64,000 nucleotides of DNA from Gemmatimonadaceae bacterium (lineage in GTDB: Bacteria; Latescibacterota; UBA2968; UBA8231), in contig JAPOZM010000108.1 in the NCBI GenBank assembly GCA_026706075.1, positions 30,685-94,684 of the forward strand. Direction: 5' to 3'. A program made the position numbers and the translations under genes. Below, piece after piece: positions 42,263 through 52,872 of the stretch (position 1 is the stretch's first letter; every line of letters begins with the position of its first letter). The notes under the pieces were generated by a model that did not search any database, was not told the origin of the DNA, and worked only from the letters and a program-made list of their open reading frames with translations.

Positions 42263-43971
42263 TACATCTCCTCGGGGGCGCTCATGCCGAGCAGGTCCAG
42301 CCCCGTGCGCAGCACCCCGCGGGCCCCGTCGACGAGGCGCACCCGCGCCGCCGTCAGCTCCTCGTCCTCGTCCACCAGCACGGGCACCTCGTTGTAGAGC
42401 TTGTTGGCCGCAGTCGCCAGCTCCAGCAGGTAGCCGGCCACGTACGACGGCTCGTTCTCCTCGGCCGCGGACTCGACGACGCCGGGGAACTCCGACAGCT
42501 TGCGCGCCAGCCGCATCTCCCCGTCCTCTCCCAGGCGTCCGGTGTCGGCGGCCGGGTCCGCGGGGCGGCCATGGCGCCGCAGGATGCTGCAATAGCGGGC
42601 GTGGGTGTACTGCACGTACGGCCCGGTCTCGCCGTCGAAGTTGAGGACCTCCTCCAGGGAGAAGTTGATGTCCCGGGTGCGGCGGTTGTTGACGTCTGCG
42701 AAGACGACGGCGCTGATCCCCACCTGGCGCGCCACCTCCGCGGCGCCGGCCAGGTCCGGGTTCTTGTCGGCGATGATGCCTTCGGTGAGGGCGATCGCCT
42801 TGTCGAGGACCTCCTCGAGGATGATGACCTCGCCTTTGCGCGTGGCCAGGGCCCGGCCGCGGAAGGACATGAGCCCGAAGGGCGCGTGCTCGCAGCGATC
42901 GATCCAGTCGACGCCCGCCCGGCGCAGGGCTCCGAAGAGCTGCTCGAAGTGCAGGCTCTGCCGCTTGTCGGTGACGTAGACCATCTTGTCGAAGCCGTGC
43001 CGCCGGTGCCGGTAGAGGAGCGCCGCCAGGTCCCGGCTGTGGTAGGTGCTGGTGCCGTTGGAGGTGCGCAGCATGAGCGGCGCCGGCTGGTCCTCGAGGG
43101 GCACGATGAGGGCGCCTTCGCTCTCCTCCGCCAGCCCCCGCTCCTCGAAGAAGGCGATCACGTCGTCGAGCCGGCCGGCGTAGTGGCTCTCCCCGAGGGT
43201 CTCGTCGAAGCGCACGCCGAGGATGCCGTAGATGCGCTCCGCCTCCTTGCGGCCCTCCTCGGAGAACCAGCGCCAGAGCCGGATCATCTCGTCGTCGCCG
43301 GCGGCCAGGGCCCGCAGGCAGTCCCGGGCCCGGTCCCGCAGCTCCGGGTGTTCCTCGGCCTCGCGGTTGAAGCGCACGTAGAGGCCCACCAGCTCCCGGA
43401 TCGGGTCGGCGAGGATGCGCTCGTCGTCGCCCCAGGCGGCGTAGGCCGCCAGGAGCTGGCCGAAGTTGGCGCCGTAGTCGCCGAGGTGGTTGATGCCGAC
43501 GCAGCCCCAGCCGAGGAACTCGTGGATGCGGTAGATGGCGTGGCCGATGGCGGTGGAGCGCAGGTGGGCGATGGAGAAGGGCCGTGCCAGGTTCGGGGAC
43601 GAGAAGTCGATGGCCACCGTGCGGCCGGCGCCCTGGCCGCGGGTGCCGTACTCCCGGCCGGGGGCGGCGATCTCGTCGAGGGTGTGGCCGATGAAGGCGG
43701 GCCGGTGGAGGCTGAAGTTGACGTACGGGCCGGAGGCGGCGACGGCGGCGATGCGGCCCCCGGGGCCGGTCTCCGGCTCGATGCGGGCGGCCACGTCGGC
43801 GGCGATCTGCGCGGGGTTGCGGCGCAGCTCCTTGGCCAGGACGAAGCACGGGAGGGCGTAGTCTCCCATGCTCTCCTCCGGAGGCACGGCGAGCAGGCCG
43901 CGCACGGTGGACGGGTCCAGGCCGCCGGCGGCAGCCGTCTTCTCGACGATCTCCTCCAGGAAGGGGTTCAT
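42262..43971 (-). CDS. argS: Arginine--tRNA ligase.
   Basis: The N-terminal Arg_tRNA_synt_N-like region is GDYALPCFVLAKELRRNP. The HIGH-region variant is SSPNLARPFSIAHLRSTAIG. The DALR-like C-terminus ends ...GMSAPEEM. ATG at 43969-43971. Confidence 0.95.
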   Translation of the reverse strand: MNPFLEEIVEKTAAAGGLDPSTVRGLLAVPPEESMGDYALPCFVLAKELRRNPAQIAADVAARIEPETGPGGRIAAVAASGPYVNFSLHRPAFIGHTLDEIAAPGREYGTRGQGAGRTVAIDFSSPNLARPFSIAHLRSTAIGHAIYRIHEFLGWGCVGINHLGDYGANFGQLLAAYAAWGDDERILADPIRELVGLYVRFNREAEEHPELRDRARDCLRALAAGDDEMIRLWRWFSEEGRKEAERIYGILGVRFDETLGESHYAGRLDDVIAFFEERGLAEESEGALIVPLEDQPAPLMLRTSNGTSTYHSRDLAALLYRHRRHGFDKMVYVTDKRQSLHFEQLFGALRRAGVDWIDRCEHAPFGLMSFRGRALATRKGEVIILEEVLDKAIALTEGIIADKNPDLAGAAEVARQVGISAVVFADVNNRRTRDINFSLEEVLNFDGETGPYVQYTHARYCSILRRHGRPADPAADTGRLGEDGEMRLARKLSEFPGVVESAAEENEPSYVAGYLLELATAANKLYNEVPVLVDEDEELTAARVRLVDGARGVLRTGLDLLGMSAPEEM

Positions 43972-43981
43972 CCGGCTTCCC

Positions 43982-44815
43982 TCACGGCCCGATGGCCCGG
44001 CGCATGACGTCGACGGGCGGCCGCACGCCGGTCCAGATCTCGAAGGCCCGGGCGCCCTGGTGAACCAGCATCCCCAGCCCGTCCAGGGCCCGGGCGCCAG
44101 CGGCCAGGGCCTGCTCCAGCAGGCGCGTGCGCAGCGGCTTGTAGACGATGTCGAGGACGGCCATGCCGTCGTGGAGGACGCTCCCGTCGCCCAGGGGCGA
44201 GATCCCGGCCTCGGGCTCCATGCCGATGGAGGTGGCGTTGATCACCAGCCCCGCCTCGCGCACGGAGCCGCTCTCCGCCAGGGGCGCCACGCGCACCCGG
44301 CCGCCGCCGTCCATGGCCTCGGCCAGGCTCTCGGCCCGGGAGGCGGTGCGGTTGAGCAGCAGCACCTCCTCCACCTCCCCGCGGGAGAGCAGGGCGTGGA
44401 GGACAGCCTTCGCCGCCCCCCCGGCCCCGAGAAGGGCGACCTTCGGCGGCAGCCGCTCCAGGCCTCCCTCGCGGAGGCTGGCGAGCACCCCGTAGGCGTC
44501 GGTGTTGTGCCCCACCAGCCGGCCGTCCCGGTGGTCGATGGTGTTCACCGCGCCGATGGCCCGCGCCTCGGGGGCGACCCCGTCGAGGAAGGAGAGGACC
44601 GCCTGCTTGTGGGGCACGGTGACGTTGAGGCCGCGGATCCCCAGGTGGCGCATGGCGGCGCCCACCTGGACGGCACCCTCCGGCGGCACCGGGAAGGCGA
44701 CGTACACGTAGTCGAGACCGGTGGCGGCCAGGGCCGCGTTGTGCATCGCCGGGGACGCCGAGTGCGTCACCGGATGGCCGATGACGCCGAGGATCCCGGT
44801 CCGTCCGGAGATCAA
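43982..44815 (-). CDS. aroE: Shikimate dehydrogenase.
   Basis: Motifs are GVIGHPVTHSASPAMHNAA, LNVTVPHK, GHNTDAYG and LLGAGGAAKA. The proposed TTG start at 44813-44815 overlaps the upstream TGA (TTGA). Confidence 0.85.
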   Translation of the reverse strand: MISGRTGILGVIGHPVTHSASPAMHNAALAATGLDYVYVAFPVPPEGAVQVGAAMRHLGIRGLNVTVPHKQAVLSFLDGVAPEARAIGAVNTIDHRDGRLVGHNTDAYGVLASLREGGLERLPPKVALLGAGGAAKAVLHALLSRGEVEEVLLLNRTASRAESLAEAMDGGGRVRVAPLAESGSVREAGLVINATSIGMEPEAGISPLGDGSVLHDGMAVLDIVYKPLRTRLLEQALAAGARALDGLGMLVHQGARAFEIWTGVRPPVDVMRRAIGP

Positions 44816-44952
44816 CCGAGGAGATCCTCCAGGAACTGGTCGGCGATCTCGAGGGACTCGCTCCAGCTCGCCCCGTAGAGGACCTTGATCATCAGGACGC
44901 CGCCGCCGAAGACCACGGCGCCGAGCACCAGCAACCGCAACATCGCTCTCAT
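44812..44952 (-). CDS. Small (46 aa) predicted single-TM protein, translationally coupled between the aroA-like gene and aroE.
   Basis: The sequence is MRAMLRLLVLGAVVFGGGVLMIKVLYGASWSESLEIADQFLEDLLG. ATG at 44950-44952 overlaps the upstream TGA (ATGA). Its own TGA overlaps the aroE TTG. The ORF exactly fills the 137-nt gap. No homology evidence is available. Confidence 0.4.
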   Translation of the reverse strand: MRAMLRLLVLGAVVFGGGVLMIKVLYGASWSESLEIADQFLEDLLG

Positions 44953-46250
44953 CACGCATTCTCCCTGGCCCTTGGGGCCTGCAACCCGTCGAGTAGATCG
45001 AAGAACCCGGGGAAGGAGGCGTCGACGCACTCGGCGTCGTCGATCTCCATCTCCCCGTGGGCGACGAGACCGGCCACGGCGAAGGCCTGCACCAGTCCGG
45101 CGTGGCCCCGGCCATCGATGCGCTCCCCCTTGAGCGGCCGTCCGCCCTCGATGACCACACCCTCGGCATACTCGCCGACCTTGGCCTCGACCCGCCGCAA
45201 CTGGCCGACGAGGTGGTCGACGAAATCGTACTCGCCCCGGCGCAGCGACTCGATGTCGCGGATGATGAACTCCCCCTCCGTCTGGGTCGCCAGCACCGCC
45301 AGCAGGGCCACGTGCTCCAGGAGCTCCCGGGCCCGGCGGTCGGCCACCCGGGTCGCCTTGAGCCGCCCGGAGCCCTTGATCAGCAGATCGACGCTGCCGT
45401 CGTCGGCCCCGGCGATCTCCAGCTCGCCGCCGATCTGGCGCACGAGGTCGACGAAGAGGCGGTTGCCGGGGCGCACCATCACCCGGCGTACGGCGACCTC
45501 CGCGCGGCGTACGGCCAGGGCCGCCACCACCACGGGCAGGGCGCCGGCCAGGTCCCCGGGGACGTCCACGTCCAGGGCCTCCGGCACCGACCCCGGCGAC
45601 AAGGTCAGGCTGCGCACCGGGGGATCTCCTGCGCGGCTGCTCTCCACCGGGACGCCGCGTTCCTTCCACGGCGCCTCGACGCGGTCGCGGCAGGAGGCGG
45701 GCTCGCGCACCACCGTCGGCCCTTCGGCGAAGAGGCCCGCCGTCAGCAGGCCCAGCTTCACCGACGCCGGCAGATCCGCCGCCTCGTGGCCGCCGCCGCC
45801 GGGAGCCGAACCTGCCTCCAGCCGAAGGACGCCGTCCGTCTCCGCGGTGGCCGTGACCCCGGCGGGGGCCAGCAGCCCCAGGAGCTGGTCCGCCCGGTCC
45901 CGCACCGCCTCGGGGATTCGCACGCGGCCGGGAAAGGGCTGCCGAGCCAGGATCGCCAGGGCCGGCAGCACCGCCTCCTCCGAACCTTCCAGATCGAGGA
46001 CATCGTCCGCCGGCTCGAGCCCCGCCAGTCCGCGGCCGTCGACGCGGAAGCCGCGGTCCTCCCCCTCGACGCCGACGCCCAGCCGCCGCAGGACGTCCAC
46101 CGTCCCGGCCGCACCGGGGGGCACGCCGCCGATGCGGCTGGCGCCCTCGGAGACGGCCGCCATCCACAGGGCCTGTATCGCCCGGTCGCGCTCGCCCGGC
46201 ACGCGGACCTCGCCCCTCAGGCGCGCCGCCCTGGAAACGGTGCGCACCAT
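44952..46250 (-). CDS. Enolpyruvyl-transferase-fold protein at the aroA position (divergent EPSP-synthase-like, 432 aa).
   Basis: GEVRVPGERDRAIQALWMAAVSEGASRIGG aligns by eye with the EPSPS N-terminus (..LPGSKSxSNRALLLAAL..G). DVPGDLAGALPVVVAALA aligns with EGDASSASYFLAAAA. The C-terminus VDASFPGFFDLL aligns with TFPDYFEQL. The length and operon position fit aroA, but several canonical catalytic residues appear substituted (see findings). Confidence 0.65.
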   Translation of the reverse strand: MVRTVSRAARLRGEVRVPGERDRAIQALWMAAVSEGASRIGGVPPGAAGTVDVLRRLGVGVEGEDRGFRVDGRGLAGLEPADDVLDLEGSEEAVLPALAILARQPFPGRVRIPEAVRDRADQLLGLLAPAGVTATAETDGVLRLEAGSAPGGGGHEAADLPASVKLGLLTAGLFAEGPTVVREPASCRDRVEAPWKERGVPVESSRAGDPPVRSLTLSPGSVPEALDVDVPGDLAGALPVVVAALAVRRAEVAVRRVMVRPGNRLFVDLVRQIGGELEIAGADDGSVDLLIKGSGRLKATRVADRRARELLEHVALLAVLATQTEGEFIIRDIESLRRGEYDFVDHLVGQLRRVEAKVGEYAEGVVIEGGRPLKGERIDGRGHAGLVQAFAVAGLVAHGEMEIDDAECVDASFPGFFDLLDGLQAPRARENA

Positions 46251-47371
46251 CAGGGGCGCCTCGCCCGGTAGCCCACGGCCTCGAGGGTCTCCACCGCGCG
46301 GTCGGCGACCCCATCGGCGTCGAACCCCAGCCTCAGGGTCCCTCCCTCTCCCTCGCGCACCTTCATCACCTCGATGTCGTTGATGTTCACGCCCTTCTCC
46401 GCCAGCACCGAGGCGATCTCGGCGATCACCCCCGGACGGTCCTCGCAGACGACCAGCACCTCCGCCAGCCGGTGGATGAATCCCTTGGCGTCCCTGGGAA
46501 TGCCGTCGCGGATCCGGTTGGCGTACTCGAAGTCGGCCTCCAGGGCGGCGGCGCCCACCTTGTCCCGCACCTCGGCCAGGCGCGCCTGGAAGCGGTCGAC
46601 CATCTCGAGGATGCGGTCCGGGTTGGTGGCGCAGATGTCGTTCCAGACCGGCTCGAAGGGGCTGGAGGCGATCCGCGTCAGGTCGCGGAAGCCGCCGGCC
46701 GCCAGGGTCAGCAGCAGGCCCTCCCGCTCCTCGTCGAGGAGGCCCACCATCTCCACGAGGGAGGTGGCCAGCAGCTGCGGCAGGTGGCTGATGGCGGCCA
46801 CCACCATGTCGTGGTCCTCCGCGGACAGCTCGAGGACGCGGGCGCCGAGGCCGCGGAGCAGGTCGCGCAGGCCCTGGTGCAGATCCTCCGGCACGGCGGC
46901 GTCGGGCACGAGGATGTAGATCGCGTTCTGGAAGAGGAAGGGATCGGCGGCCGTCACCCCCGACTTCTCGGAGCCGGCCATGGGATGGCCGCCGAGGAAC
47001 CAGGCGTCCGACCGGCCGGAGGCGGCCGCGGCGTCGACGATGCGGCGCTTGGTGCTGCCCGCGTCGGTGACCAGCGCCCCGGCCGGCACCGCCGCCATGA
47101 CCGCGGGCAGGAAGTCGATGATGTGGCGGATCGGCGAGCACAGGAAGACGAGGTCCGCCTCGGCCAGTCCCCGGTCGACCTCGTCGTAGTCCCGGCCCTC
47201 GTCGACGGCCCCGAGGGAGACAGCCTTCTCCACCGTCTCGGGACGGCTGATGCCGACGATGGAGCCGGCGTACCCCGTGCGCCGCAGGGCCAGGCCGATG
47301 GAGCCGCCGATCAGGCCGACGCCGACGATGCCGATCCGCCGGAACGGCGAGGACCGGTTGGCGGTGCTCAC
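46250..47371 (-). CDS. tyrA: Prephenate dehydrogenase with a C-terminal ACT domain.
   Basis: The Rossmann motif is RIGIVGVGLIGGSIGLAL. GGHPMAGSEKSG is present. The ACT-like C-terminus is VVCEDRPGVIAEIASVLAEKGVNI. GTG at 47369-47371 overlaps the upstream TGA. Confidence 0.85.
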   Translation of the reverse strand: MSTANRSSPFRRIGIVGVGLIGGSIGLALRRTGYAGSIVGISRPETVEKAVSLGAVDEGRDYDEVDRGLAEADLVFLCSPIRHIIDFLPAVMAAVPAGALVTDAGSTKRRIVDAAAASGRSDAWFLGGHPMAGSEKSGVTAADPFLFQNAIYILVPDAAVPEDLHQGLRDLLRGLGARVLELSAEDHDMVVAAISHLPQLLATSLVEMVGLLDEEREGLLLTLAAGGFRDLTRIASSPFEPVWNDICATNPDRILEMVDRFQARLAEVRDKVGAAALEADFEYANRIRDGIPRDAKGFIHRLAEVLVVCEDRPGVIAEIASVLAEKGVNINDIEVMKVREGEGGTLRLGFDADGVADRAVETLEAVGYRARRP

Positions 47372-47652
47372 CGCTCCCCGTCCCCCCCGCCTTCGAGGAT
47401 TCGGGCCTCGGACATGATGCGGTCGAAGAGGTCGGCGATCGCCTCCTGGCTCAGGGGGCCCTGGTTGAGGGCCTGGAGCCGCTCGACCAGGGCCCGCTCC
47501 CGGGCCCGGTCGCGCACCTGCCGGCCGCTGGCCCGCTTCAACTCGCCGATCTCGATGGCGTAGCCGAGTCTCTCGTTGATCAGGTCGACGATTCTGACGT
47601 CCACCTCGTCGATGCGGGCCCGCCAGTCATCGATCTCCTTGCCGTCGTCCAT
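47368..47652 (-). CDS. Chorismate mutase (AroQ class, CM_2).
   Basis: WRARIDEVDVRIVDLINERLGYAIEIGELK matches the R..ID.iD..il.Ll.eR pattern. It is 94 aa. ATG at 47650-47652. Confidence 0.85.
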   Translation of the reverse strand: MDDGKEIDDWRARIDEVDVRIVDLINERLGYAIEIGELKRASGRQVRDRARERALVERLQALNQGPLSQEAIADLFDRIMSEARILEGGGDGER

Positions 47653-47655
47653 GGC

Positions 47656-48639
47656 TTACCGCAGTCCCATGGCCCGGCGCACCGACTCCATGGTGGCCTC
47701 GGCCGCCGGCCGCGCCCGCTCCCGCCCCTCCTCGAGGATCCCGTCGATGGTCTCCGGGTCGGCGGTGATCTCGGCGTAGCTCCGCCGCACCGGGGCCAGG
47801 GCCTCCACCACCACCTCGGCCACCTCCTTCTTCAGGTCGCCGTAGCCCTTGCCTTCGAAGTGGGCCTCGATGGCGGACCTGTCCTGCCCGGAGAGGGCGT
47901 GATGGATGGTGAGCAGGTTGTGGACGCCGGGGCGCTCCTCGTCGAAGCGGATCTCCCGCAGCGAGTCGGTGACGGCGCGGCCGATCCTGCGGCGGATCAG
48001 GTCGGGCTCGTCCAGAAGCCCGATGGCGTGATGCTGCCCCTCCACCGACTTGGACATCTTCTTCGTCGGGTCGTCGAGCCCCATGACGCGGGCCCCCACC
48101 TCGCGGATGACGGGCTCCGGCACGGTGAAGACCTCGCCGTAGAGGTTGTTGAAGCGGCCGGCGATGTCGCGGGACAGCTCGACGTGCTGCTTCTGGTCGT
48201 CGCCCACGGGCACCACCGAGGTCTGGTAGAGGAGGATGTCGGCCGCCATCAGCACGGGATAGGTGAAGAGGCCCGCGCCGACCCGCTCGCGCCGGCTGCC
48301 GGCCTTGTCCTTGAACTGGGTCATGCGCTCGAGCCAGCCCATGGGCGTGTTGCAGATCAGCAGCCAGGTCAGCTCCGTGTGCTCGGGCACGTGGGACTGG
48401 ACGAAGAGGACGCTGCGCTCCGGGTCGATGCCGCAGGCCACGAGCACCGCCGCCAGCTCCCGCACCCTGGACCGCATCTCCGCCGGCTCGTAGGGCACCG
48501 TGATGGCGTGCTCGTCGACGATGCAGAAGTAGTTGTCGTAGCGCTCCTGGTCGGCCACCCAGTTGCGGATGGCGCCGATGTAGTTGCCGAGGTGGGGCTC
48601 GCCCGACGGCTGGATGCCGGAGAACACGCGCGCCGCCAC
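47656..48639 (-). CDS. trpS: Tryptophan--tRNA ligase.
   Basis: SGIQPSGEPHLGNYIGA is the HIGH-type motif. KMSKS is present. The size is 327 aa. GTG at 48637-48639. Confidence 0.95.
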   Translation of the reverse strand: MAARVFSGIQPSGEPHLGNYIGAIRNWVADQERYDNYFCIVDEHAITVPYEPAEMRSRVRELAAVLVACGIDPERSVLFVQSHVPEHTELTWLLICNTPMGWLERMTQFKDKAGSRRERVGAGLFTYPVLMAADILLYQTSVVPVGDDQKQHVELSRDIAGRFNNLYGEVFTVPEPVIREVGARVMGLDDPTKKMSKSVEGQHHAIGLLDEPDLIRRRIGRAVTDSLREIRFDEERPGVHNLLTIHHALSGQDRSAIEAHFEGKGYGDLKKEVAEVVVEALAPVRRSYAEITADPETIDGILEEGRERARPAAEATMESVRRAMGLR

Positions 48640-48640
48640 G

Positions 48641-49432
48641 TCAGCTCTCCACGCCGCCGCCGAGGAGGTCGCGCACGGCGGCGCCCGGGTCTTCGGCCCG
48701 CATGAGGGACTCGCCCACGAGGACGGCGTCGACGCCGGCCTCGCCGAGCTGGCGCAGGTGCCCGTGGTGCTCGATGCCGCTCTCGCTGACCAAGGTCACT
48801 GTTTCCGGCACGAAGGGCCGCAGCTCGAAGGTCGTGTCAAGGCTGGTCTCGAAGGTGCGCAGATCGCGGTTATTGATGCCGATCAGGGGGGCCTCGGCCG
48901 CCAGGGCCCGCTCCAGCTCCTCCCGGTCGTGGACCTCGACGAGGACCGACAGGCCCAGCTCCCGACCCTGGCCGTGGAAGTCCTCCAGCTGGCCGCCGTC
49001 CATGATGGAGACGATGAGCAGGACGGCGTCCGCGCCGATGACGCGGGCCTCGAAGAGCTGGTACGGGTCGATGGTGAAGTCCTTGCGCAACACCGGGATC
49101 CCGGCGGCCTGCCGCGCGGACTGGAGGTGGGCGTCGGAGCCTTGAAAATACGCCTCGTCGGTGAGCACCGAAAGCGCGCGGGCGCCGTTGCCGGCGTAGG
49201 CGCTGGCGATCGCCGCCGGGTCGAAGTCCTCGCGGATCACACCCTTGGACGGGGAGGCCTTCTTCACCTCGGCGATGAGGGAGACGCCCTCGGCGGCCTG
49301 GGCGCCGGCGAAGTCGGCCGGTTCCGGGCAGTCGAGGGCCCGGGCGCGGACCTCGGCCAGGGGCGCGTCGTGGGCGCGGCGGGCGAGGAAGCCGCGCTTG
49401 TACTCCACGATCTCTTCGAGGATGCCGGCCAT
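48641..49432 (-). CDS. trpC: Indole-3-glycerol phosphate synthase.
   Basis: Motifs are IAEVKKASPSKGVIREDFDP, ALSVLTDEAYFQGS and IGINNRDLRTFE. Confidence 0.9.
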   Translation of the reverse strand: MAGILEEIVEYKRGFLARRAHDAPLAEVRARALDCPEPADFAGAQAAEGVSLIAEVKKASPSKGVIREDFDPAAIASAYAGNGARALSVLTDEAYFQGSDAHLQSARQAAGIPVLRKDFTIDPYQLFEARVIGADAVLLIVSIMDGGQLEDFHGQGRELGLSVLVEVHDREELERALAAEAPLIGINNRDLRTFETSLDTTFELRPFVPETVTLVSESGIEHHGHLRQLGEAGVDAVLVGESLMRAEDPGAAVRDLLGGGVES

Positions 49433-49442
49433 GCCCGCCGCC

Positions 49443-50453
49443 TCAGGCGTTGCTCACCTCCACGAGCCGGTCGAGGGCTTGCCGTGCCCGCCCCGAGGCG
49501 ATCGACTCGCGGGCCACCTCGACGCCGCCGGCCAGGTCCGGTGCCACTCCGGCGGCGGCCAGGGCGGCGGCGGCGTTGAGGAGCACCACGTCGGTCCGCG
49601 GACCGGCGCCGCCGTCGAGGACCTGCCGCAGGATGGCGGCGTTCTCCGCCGGGTCACCTCCATCCAGGGCCGCGGCCCCGGCGCGGTCGATCCCGAAGTC
49701 CCCGGGCTCGATCTGGTATGTGCGCACCTCGCCATCGGCCAGCTCGCTCACCTGGGACGGCCCGGTGAGGGTGATCTCGTCGAGGCCGTCGAGGCCGTGG
49801 ACGACGAAGGCCCGCTCGGAGCCCAGGGCGGCGAGAACCCGGGCCTGCAGCTCCGTCAGCTCCGGCGCGAAGACGCCCATGAGGTGGCGCGTCGCCCCGG
49901 CGGGATTGGTCAGCGGCCCCAGGATGTTGAAGACCGTGCGCGTGCCCAGCTCCCGGCGGGGGCCGATGGCGTGCTTCATGGCGCCGTGCAGGGCCTGGGC
50001 GAAGAGGAAGCCGATGCCCGCCTCGTCGAGGCAGACCCCGACCCGGGCGGGATCGGCCTCGATGTTGACGCCGAGCTCGGCCAGGACGTCGGCGGAGCCG
50101 CACTTACTGGAGATGGCGCGGTTGCCGTGCTTGGCCACCGTGCACCCGGCGCCGGCGGCGACGAAGGCGGCGGTGGTGGAGATGTTGAAGGTGCCCGAGG
50201 CGTCGCCGCCGGTGCCGCAGGTGTCGAGCAGGGGCGGCCGGCCGCCGGAGATGCGCGTCGCCTTGGCCCGCATGACCTCGGTGAACCCGGTCAGCTCGCC
50301 CTCTGTCTCGCCCTTGCAGCGCAGGGCCACGAGGAAGCCGCCGATCTGGGCGTCGGTCGCCCCGCCGCTCATGATCTGGTCCATCACGGCGGTGGCGGTC
50401 CCGCGGTCGAGGTCCTGCCCGGCGATGAGTTGCTGAATCGCGTCCTGGATCAT
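49443..50453 (-). CDS. trpD: Anthranilate phosphoribosyltransferase.
   Basis: Motifs are LDTCGTGGDASGTFNISTTAAFVAAGAG, KHGNRAISS and NILGPLTNPAG. Confidence 0.9.
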   Translation of the reverse strand: MIQDAIQQLIAGQDLDRGTATAVMDQIMSGGATDAQIGGFLVALRCKGETEGELTGFTEVMRAKATRISGGRPPLLDTCGTGGDASGTFNISTTAAFVAAGAGCTVAKHGNRAISSKCGSADVLAELGVNIEADPARVGVCLDEAGIGFLFAQALHGAMKHAIGPRRELGTRTVFNILGPLTNPAGATRHLMGVFAPELTELQARVLAALGSERAFVVHGLDGLDEITLTGPSQVSELADGEVRTYQIEPGDFGIDRAGAAALDGGDPAENAAILRQVLDGGAGPRTDVVLLNAAAALAAAGVAPDLAGGVEVARESIASGRARQALDRLVEVSNA

Positions 50454-50489
50454 GGTCTGTCTCCTCCCTCGAAAAGCAAGATCCCGGGT

Positions 50490-51052
50490 TCAATCCCGCG
50501 CAAGGAAGTTGCCCAGCAGGCGCTGGCCCTCGGTGGTGAGGATCGACTCCGGGTGGAACTGAACGCCCTCGACGTCCAGCTCGCGGTGGCGCAACCCCAT
50601 CACGATCCCGTCCTCTGTCTCGGCGACGACCTCCAGGCAGTCGGGCAGCGACCCGCGGTCGACGATCAGCGAGTGGTAGCGGGTGGCCACGAAGGGGTTG
50701 GGCAGGCCGGCGTAGATGCCCCGGCCGTGGTGGTGGATCTCGGAGGTCTTTCCGTGCATGACGTACGGCGCCCGGGTGACAACGCCGCCGAAAGCCTGTC
50801 CGATCGACTGGTGGCCGAGGCAGACGCCGAGGATGGGGACGTGGCCGGCGAAACGGTTCACCACCTCGATCGAGATGCCCGCCACGTCGGGGGTGCAGGG
50901 GCCCGGCGAGATGACGATGCGCTCCGGCGCCAGGCCGGCGATCTCGTCGGTGGTGACGCGGTCGTTGCGGTACACCGACAACTCGGCGCCGAGCTCGCCC
51001 AGGTACTGCACGAGGTTGTAGGTGAAGGAATCGTAGTTGTCGATCACGAGGA

Positions 51053-51056
<4 letters not shown>
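50490..51056 (-). CDS. trpG: Anthranilate synthase component II (class I glutamine amidotransferase).
   Basis: Motifs are [23 protein letters not shown], the catalytic Cys in GVCLGHQ, and GVQFHPES. The ATGA overlap with the trpE stop is present. Confidence 0.9.
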
Positions 51057-52615
<1,559 letters not shown>

Positions 52616-52683
52616 CTCGACTGCTCCGCTCGTTGCGGACGCGGTTCACCGGCAGCGAAACGGCAAGAACCCGTTGGGCACGG

Positions 52684-52718
52684 AAAAGGCCGCGAGCGCT
52701 GTCGGTGCGCCCGCGGCC
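52684..52718 (-). terminator. Intrinsic terminator acting as the trp attenuator, between the leader peptide and trpE.
   Basis: The minus-strand RNA reads GGCCGCGGGCGC-ACCGACA-GCGCUCGCGGCC-UUUUCC. This is a 12-bp stem (11 Watson-Crick pairs plus one G-U), a 7-nt loop and a U4 tract. It lies 31 nt after the leader stop and 68 nt before the trpE ATG. Confidence 0.7.
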
Positions 52719-52749
52719 TGTGTGGTTTCCGTCTGCCGGTACCCGCCTC

Positions 52750-52836
52750 TTACGGGTGGACGCCCCTCTGTCCTGTCTCGTAGGACCAGAAGCGCCACCA
52801 CCATCGGCGCGGGTTGTCGCTGCGATTGTGTGTCAT
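52750..52836 (-). CDS. trpL: trp operon leader peptide (28 aa) with three consecutive Trp codons plus a fourth.
   Basis: I hand-translated the reverse complement of 52750-52836: ATG ACA CAC AAT CGC AGC GAC AAC CCG CGC CGA TGG TGG TGG CGC TTC TGG TCC TAC GAG ACA GGA CAG AGG GGC GTC CAC CCG TAA. This gives MTHNRSDNPRRWWWRFWSYETGQRGVHP. GGAG lies 9-12 nt upstream of the ATG. The ORF is shorter than the track cutoff. Confidence 0.75.
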   Translation of the reverse strand: MTHNRSDNPRRWWWRFWSYETGQRGVHP

Positions 52837-52872
52837 CTGTGCGTGCTCCGAACTCTTCGAATTGAGTCTTCG

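Noticed and set aside
42262-48640. T-box or other riboswitch leaders upstream of argS and trpS.
   Set aside because: Both ligase genes are separated from the preceding gene by only 10 nt and 1 nt. That leaves no room for a 200-300-nt T-box leader. Regulation is more likely through the operon-level attenuator.
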